A stretch of DNA of 64,000 nt, from the NCBI GenBank assembly GCA_043809245.1, contig JAZDDZ010000054.1, forward strand, positions 1 through 64,000. The letters are read 5' to 3'. Position numbers and translations under genes: made by a program. Below are positions 59,239 through 64,000 of the stretch, in pieces. Origin of the DNA: Candidatus Iainarchaeum sp. Its GTDB lineage: Archaea; Iainarchaeota; Iainarchaeia; Iainarchaeales; JAZDDZ01. The number at the start of each line of letters is the position of its first letter. Position 1 is the stretch's first letter. Under the pieces are notes generated by a model. The model was not told the origin of the DNA. It ran no database searches and worked only from the letters and a program-made list of their open reading frames with translations.

Positions 59239-59679
59239 TTGATGCTTATGGACGGAGAAGTAATTGATGGCACGAATGCCGTGCTTGGAAGGCTTTCATC
59301 GATTGTGGCATCAAAGGCGCTTAAGGGAGAAAAGGTCCTGATAGTGAATGCGGAAAAAATAGTGGTTAGCGGGAAAAAGGAGATTCACTTTGCGGATTTC
59401 CAGCACAAGATTGACCTGAAGTCAAAGGGAAACCCGAGGAAAGGCCCGAAGTATTCGAGGACTCCGCATAAAATGGTTAAGAAAACAATTGAGGGAATGA
59501 TGCCCAACAGCAGGAGAGGCGAAAAAGCGATAAAAAACGTAAGGGTATTCATCGGCGTGCCGGAAGAGCTCAAGGGAAAGGAAAACGAAATAAAAAAGCT
59601 GCCGGGAACGGAAAGGAAGTTCAAGGCAAAATACATTACGATTGGCGAGTTAAGCGAACACTTTGGAATGAAATGGTGA
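59239..59679 (+). CDS. rpl13: 50S ribosomal protein L13
   Basis: IDG...LGRL, NAEK, GP, GM.P. Confidence 0.95.
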   Translation: MMLMDGEVIDGTNAVLGRLSSIVASKALKGEKVLIVNAEKIVVSGKKEIHFADFQHKIDLKSKGNPRKGPKYSRTPHKMVKKTIEGMMPNSRRGEKAIKNVRVFIGVPEELKGKENEIKKLPGTERKFKAKYITIGELSEHFGMKW

Positions 59680-59683
59680 AAAT

Positions 59684-60109
59684 ATGCCGAAAAAGAAAAG
59701 AAAATCAAAGGCAAAGGGAATCCATGTAAAGGCAAAGAAAAAGGAGGCCGTTGCAAGGGCGACAATAAAGGCCGGAAAAGGCATCGTGAAAGTAAACCAC
59801 CTGGCAATTGACGCGATTACCCCGCACTACGTGCATGAACTTATTAAGGAACCAATTTACATTGCAGGGGACTTGTGCAACGGAGTTGACATAATTGTTG
59901 AGGTAAGGGGCGGGGGATTCATGGGCCAGGCGATTGCAGCAAGGGGCGCAATTGCAAAGGCACTGGTTGAATTCACGGGTGACGAAAAACTCCGCAAAAC
60001 TTTTATGAATTATGACAGGCTATTGCTTGTGGATGACGCGAGAAGAGTGGAATCCAAGAAGCCGCTTGGTCCAAAGGCAAGGGCAAAGAAGCAGAAAAGC
60101 AAAAGATGA
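59684..60109 (+). CDS. rps9: 30S ribosomal protein S9
   Basis: GGGFMGQ, LLV.D.R, ARAKKQKS.R. Confidence 0.96.
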   Translation: MPKKKRKSKAKGIHVKAKKKEAVARATIKAGKGIVKVNHLAIDAITPHYVHELIKEPIYIAGDLCNGVDIIVEVRGGGFMGQAIAARGAIAKALVEFTGDEKLRKTFMNYDRLLLVDDARRVESKKPLGPKARAKKQKSKR

Positions 60110-60139
60110 CGAAAGGGTTTTTTTAGGGGTGAAAGGAAA

Positions 60140-60337
60140 ATGATTGTTCCAATAAGGTGTTTTTCATGTGGAAAAGTCCTGGCACAGGACTACGAGGAAT
60201 ACGTGAAAAGGACCTCTGAAAAAAAGGAGACACCGGAAAAAGTGCTCGACGAACTGGGCATTAAAAGGTATTGCTGCAGGCGCACGATTTTCTCGCACGT
60301 CGACTTAATCGACGAGATAATGAAGTACAACGTTTAA
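60140..60337 (+). CDS. rpoN: RNA polymerase subunit Rpo10 (N)
   Basis: [15 protein letters not shown]. Confidence 0.97.
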   Translation: MIVPIRCFSCGKVLAQDYEEYVKRTSEKKETPEKVLDELGIKRYCCRRTIFSHVDLIDEIMKYNV

Positions 60338-60361
60338 CGGTTTAACAGACGGTGAAAAAAA

Positions 60362-61120
60362 ATGGCTGAAAAATCCAAGGCATTAATTGAAGGGGACAGG
60401 TATCTGCAGAGCGGAATACACATCGGCACAAGGTTCAAGAGCGGGGAAATGCGAAGATTCATTTACCGCGTAAGAAAGGACGGATTGAATGTATTCGACA
60501 TCTCAACCGTTGATGAAAAAATAGCTGTTGCGGCAAAATTCATTGCACAGTTCCCAAATGAAAGGATTGCGGTTGTGGCTAGAAAGCTTTACGCTTCAAC
60601 CCCTGTGAAATCATTCGCTGACGCCATCGGCGCAAAGGCATTCACTGCAAGGTTTGTGCCCGGCACTTTCACCAACCCCACTTCAAAAATATTCTTCGAG
60701 CCAAGGGTTGTAATTGTAACCGAATCAGAGCCGGATTCACAGGCAATAGAGGAGGCAACACGCATTAAGGTGCCGGTTGTCGCGCTATGCAGCACAAACA
60801 ACTCAACAAAAAACGTGGACATAGTTGTCCCGATGAACAACAAGGGAAGGAAAAGCCTTGCACTGGCCTACTGGCTGCTTGCAACGGAAATACTCAAGGC
60901 AAAAGGCGAAATCAAGGCGGATACTGATTTTCCAAAAACTCCGGAAGACTTTGAATACAAGCTGAAAGAAGGCGACATACAGGAAGGCGAGGACTCAGGC
61001 TATGATGAAAGAGGCCGCGGAAGAAGAAGCGGATTCAAAGGCAAAATGACCGGAAGGCCAGGCCTAAAGAGGGGCAAGCCTGAAAGCGGAAGAACTAACA
61101 CCAGAAGAAAGAGAGACTAA
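60362..61120 (+). CDS. rps2: 30S ribosomal protein S2
   Basis: GIHIGT, RFVPGTFTNP, NNKG. Confidence 0.96.
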   Translation: MAEKSKALIEGDRYLQSGIHIGTRFKSGEMRRFIYRVRKDGLNVFDISTVDEKIAVAAKFIAQFPNERIAVVARKLYASTPVKSFADAIGAKAFTARFVPGTFTNPTSKIFFEPRVVIVTESEPDSQAIEEATRIKVPVVALCSTNNSTKNVDIVVPMNNKGRKSLALAYWLLATEILKAKGEIKADTDFPKTPEDFEYKLKEGDIQEGEDSGYDERGRGRRSGFKGKMTGRPGLKRGKPESGRTNTRRKRD

Positions 61121-61938
61121 TGGCTCAAGCAACCCGTGAAGCTGCTGTCGCAGGGCAGTTTTATCCCCGCGACAGGGAATTACTAAAAAAGCAGATTTCT
61201 GATTTTATTTCAAAAGCAAAAAAGTCCGGGCAAAAAGAAAAAAGCAGCGCAGTTATAGCGCCGCATGCAGGGCTTATTTATTCGGGGCAGACAGCGGCTT
61301 ATTCATTCAATGCCCTACAAGCTGCGGAAACATTTCTCATTGTTTCGCCGAACCACACAGGCGTGGGGGAAAGAATAAGCGTTTTTCCCGCGGGAAAATG
61401 GGAAATGCCCTTGGGCGAAATTGAAATTGATTGGAAGCTAAGCGAAAAAATCTGCTTGGAATTGGGAATTGAACCTGATGAAAGCGCGCACATAGGCGAG
61501 CACTCGATTGAAGTGCAGCTTCCGTTTCTCCAATTCGTTTACGGAAACAAATTTAGGCTCGTTGCAATAACCATCGCGGAGAACAGGCTGCGGGAACTGA
61601 AAAAACTCGGGGAGGCGATTGCCAATGCATGCAAGGGCGAAAGCGTTTCCCTAATTGCCTCAAGCGATTTCAGCCACTTCATTCCGCTTAAAGCCGCAAA
61701 AAAAAGGGATTCGGAGGCAATTGGCTTCATTGAAAGGATTGACTTGGACGGATTCCACAAAACGGTTTTGGAAAAGTATTACAGCATCTGCGGCTTTGCC
61801 CCGATAACCGCGCTGATGCATTGCTGCAAAATAAACGGGTTCAAGGGCGCTGAACTTTTGCGCTATGACTCCAGCGCAACTGAGAGCGGCGATGAGGGAA
61901 GCGTTGTCGGTTACGCGGCAATCAAATTTTTAAAGTAA
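61120..61938 (+). CDS. amrB: MEMO1-family protein (AmmeMemoRadiSam B)
   Basis: AVAGQFYP, PHAG..YSG, EHSIEVQLPFL, SSDFSH, VGY. Confidence 0.93.
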   Translation: MAQATREAAVAGQFYPRDRELLKKQISDFISKAKKSGQKEKSSAVIAPHAGLIYSGQTAAYSFNALQAAETFLIVSPNHTGVGERISVFPAGKWEMPLGEIEIDWKLSEKICLELGIEPDESAHIGEHSIEVQLPFLQFVYGNKFRLVAITIAENRLRELKKLGEAIANACKGESVSLIASSDFSHFIPLKAAKKRDSEAIGFIERIDLDGFHKTVLEKYYSICGFAPITALMHCCKINGFKGAELLRYDSSATESGDEGSVVGYAAIKFLK

Positions 61939-61966
61939 AAGCCGCTTATTTATTCGGCGGATACGA

Positions 61967-62755
61967 TTGAATGCAACCGAACTCCTGTGGAAATTCAAGG
62001 CATCACTGCTGCTTTTATTTCTCATTCTCTTAAGCTATGTTTTGCTTTCAAAGGGCGCTTTCTTCATTCCACTTGAATCGCTTTTGGCGGTTTCATTCAA
62101 CGCGCAGATGCCCCTGAATATTTTTTTCTACGAATTCATTCACACAGGCGTTTTCCACCTATCCGCAAACCTATTGTCGCTTCTCTTTTTCGCGCTTATT
62201 TTGGAGGCAGCGCTTTCCTCGCTTGATGTGGTGCTCGTGTTTCTTTTCTCCGGAACGCTTGCGGCAATTGTTTTTTCCTCGCTTAACCCTGCAACTGCAA
62301 TGATTGGCGCGAGCGCGGGAATAAGCGGATTGTTTGGCGCTGCGTTTTCATTGAAGCCCTTGAAAACGCTTATTGCGACGGCTGCGGCTTTGGCTCTTCT
62401 TTACTTTGCGGTTGCGCCCGCGCTTTCATTTGCAATCGGGGAATTTGAAGCAAACTCAACGCAAAAGATTTCAGCGCTTGAACTGGATTTGAACAGGGCA
62501 CGGGAACAGGGTGACCTGAACAAGGCTGCAGTGATTTCCAAAAAGCTAACTGAATCAAAAAAAGAGATTGAAAAATTCGGCGAGGGAAAAGAATTCGAAA
62601 TCAAGACAAGCACTGATTTCTTTGTGCACGGCTATGCCGCCGCGTTCGGCTTCCTTTACGTTTTCTTATTCAGGAGAAAAAAGTTCTCGGAAGCAATGAA
62701 GGGGATAAGAGAGAAAAGAATTGCAGTTCAGGGAAAGATTTTTGGAAAAAAATAA
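61967..62755 (+). CDS. Rhomboid-family intramembrane serine protease with soluble coiled-coil insertion
   Basis: FIH....HL..N, IGASAG (catalytic Ser), late VH in last TM. Confidence 0.8.
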   Translation: MNATELLWKFKASLLLLFLILLSYVLLSKGAFFIPLESLLAVSFNAQMPLNIFFYEFIHTGVFHLSANLLSLLFFALILEAALSSLDVVLVFLFSGTLAAIVFSSLNPATAMIGASAGISGLFGAAFSLKPLKTLIATAAALALLYFAVAPALSFAIGEFEANSTQKISALELDLNRAREQGDLNKAAVISKKLTESKKEIEKFGEGKEFEIKTSTDFFVHGYAAAFGFLYVFLFRRKKFSEAMKGIREKRIAVQGKIFGKK

Positions 62756-62912
62756 GATTGGCTTAAAACAGCAGCCTGCTAAGTATTTATTTTTTAATGT
62801 CTGCCTCTCCTTATCCATTTTTCAGCGGAAGTTGTAATGTCCATGATTCACTTTCTTTGGTTCCTAGGTGATTCGCTTATTTTTTAGTTAATCATCTGTT
62901 TTTAGGGCGTCT

Positions 62913-63281
62913 TTAGTCAGCTATCCTCCTACGCGGTTTGTCTTTTAATTTGCGGCCTTTTCGGACAACTCCTCTTCTAGTTGCAGTCACGCGGTCGCCA
63001 GGATTTAACCCATACCTAATTCCAAGGTCATCAGCCTTTGCATCTATGCCCCCCATTAAATTTGCAGCCCCTACTTCGCGGCCAGCTATCAGTGTTTGGG
63101 CTTTTGAGTATTTCCTTCTTTCTTTTCCTTCAGACAATACCTGCTGCCTTGAGAGATCTCTTCTCCCGAGATCTATGCCTGAAAGTCTTAAAACTTGGGC
63201 CGGGTATTCCCCGCCGCTACGTATAAGCCTACCTCTAAACGTGCTGACCCTATTACGTTTACGTTTTATTCTTTGCCTCAT
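62913..63281 (-). CDS. Arg-rich hypothetical protein
   Basis: ORF MRQRIKRKRNR..; start uncertain (track extends to 63347). Confidence 0.5.
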   Translation of the reverse strand: MRQRIKRKRNRVSTFRGRLIRSGGEYPAQVLRLSGIDLGRRDLSRQQVLSEGKERRKYSKAQTLIAGREVGAANLMGGIDAKADDLGIRYGLNPGDRVTATRRGVVRKGRKLKDKPRRRIAD

Positions 63282-63343
63282 TTTTGGTATTATTGCTCCA
63301 ACCAATATAATCCATCCCCTTTTTTTGTTCAAACCACATTCAA

Positions 63344-64000
63344 TCACAATTTTTTTCCCTGTTTCCAGGAGTCGTCAAAGTGCTTTTGCAAGGCGTTAGC
63401 CATTGCCTTGTTGTCAGGCCAGATTGTGAAATGGTATTCCGGCTGGTCTTTTGAGAAATCGCTTAACGCCATTACAACTTTTTTTCCGTCAATTATGTAA
63501 GCGTGCATTCCATGGTCAAAGTCCTTTACTGTTGCGCCGTGCTCTGAGAAATCCTTTGCGAGCCTGGCGCTTTCACCCGCGATTTTTCCAATGAGCTTTA
63601 TTTCGATTTTTTTTGCCTTGGCATTCTTAATGTGGTCCTTGAGTAAGTGCTGTTCTTTGGAGAAATGCGTGAAGCCGGAAACAGATTCCTTTGCGGAATC
63701 AATTTCCTGGCCTAAAATGCGGGTGAAATCACTTTTGTCCTTTACCTTCATTACCTTTTCAATTGCTTCCTTTTGGCCTTCGCCGCTGAAGCTTCCCCTC
63801 AAATCCTTGGCTTTTTCCTCCAATTCCTTTAAACTGGCTTTTTTTTCGGATATAAGTGAATCAAAAACCCTTCCAACTTCAACAGAGCGGTATTTCTTTG
63901 GCCTGCCGTAAATTTCAATGATCAGGCCTTTCTTTGTAAGGCGCTCCAATACATCGTAAACCCTTGTCTTTGGAACCTGTGCAATGCGGCTGATTTCAGG
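63344..64000 (-). CDS. TrmB-family transcriptional regulator (5' end outside window)
   Basis: EISRIAQVPKTRVYDVLERL..KG....GRPK.Y HTH; C-terminal effector-domain-like IIDGK. Confidence 0.88.
   Translation of the reverse strand, partial: PEISRIAQVPKTRVYDVLERLTKKGLIIEIYGRPKKYRSVEVGRVFDSLISEKKASLKELEEKAKDLRGSFSGEGQKEAIEKVMKVKDKSDFTRILGQEIDSAKESVSGFTHFSKEQHLLKDHIKNAKAKKIEIKLIGKIAGESARLAKDFSEHGATVKDFDHGMHAYIIDGKKVVMALSDFSKDQPEYHFTIWPDNKAMANALQKHFDDSWKQGKKL

Overview
Archaeal genome segment, probably DPANN (an Iainarchaeota/Diapherotrites-like lineage is inferred from the reduced gene content, not proven). It holds the core information-processing clusters: rpoH-B''-B'-A'-A''-L30e-nusA-S12-S7-EF2-EF1A-S10, archease-rtcB, and a joined S10/spc/alpha ribosomal superoperon with an intron-containing tRNA-Leu(UAA). 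Between these lie large Cys/Thr/Tyr-rich surface proteins, a bacterial-type TGT, a VapBC pair and a small defence-like island. EF-2 carries a 186-aa mini-intein. Two unannotated patterns stand out. (1) A ~61-nt two-hairpin element follows rps14 and rps13 (possible decayed third copy after secY); each full copy is followed by a duplicate of the upstream gene's last codons differing only synonymously, suggesting a homing or RNA-guided element that replaces gene 3' ends. (2) The island after rtcB is an array of cargo genes separated by three orphan 3'-end fragments of the secreted-protein family whose intact member is at 186..3338.
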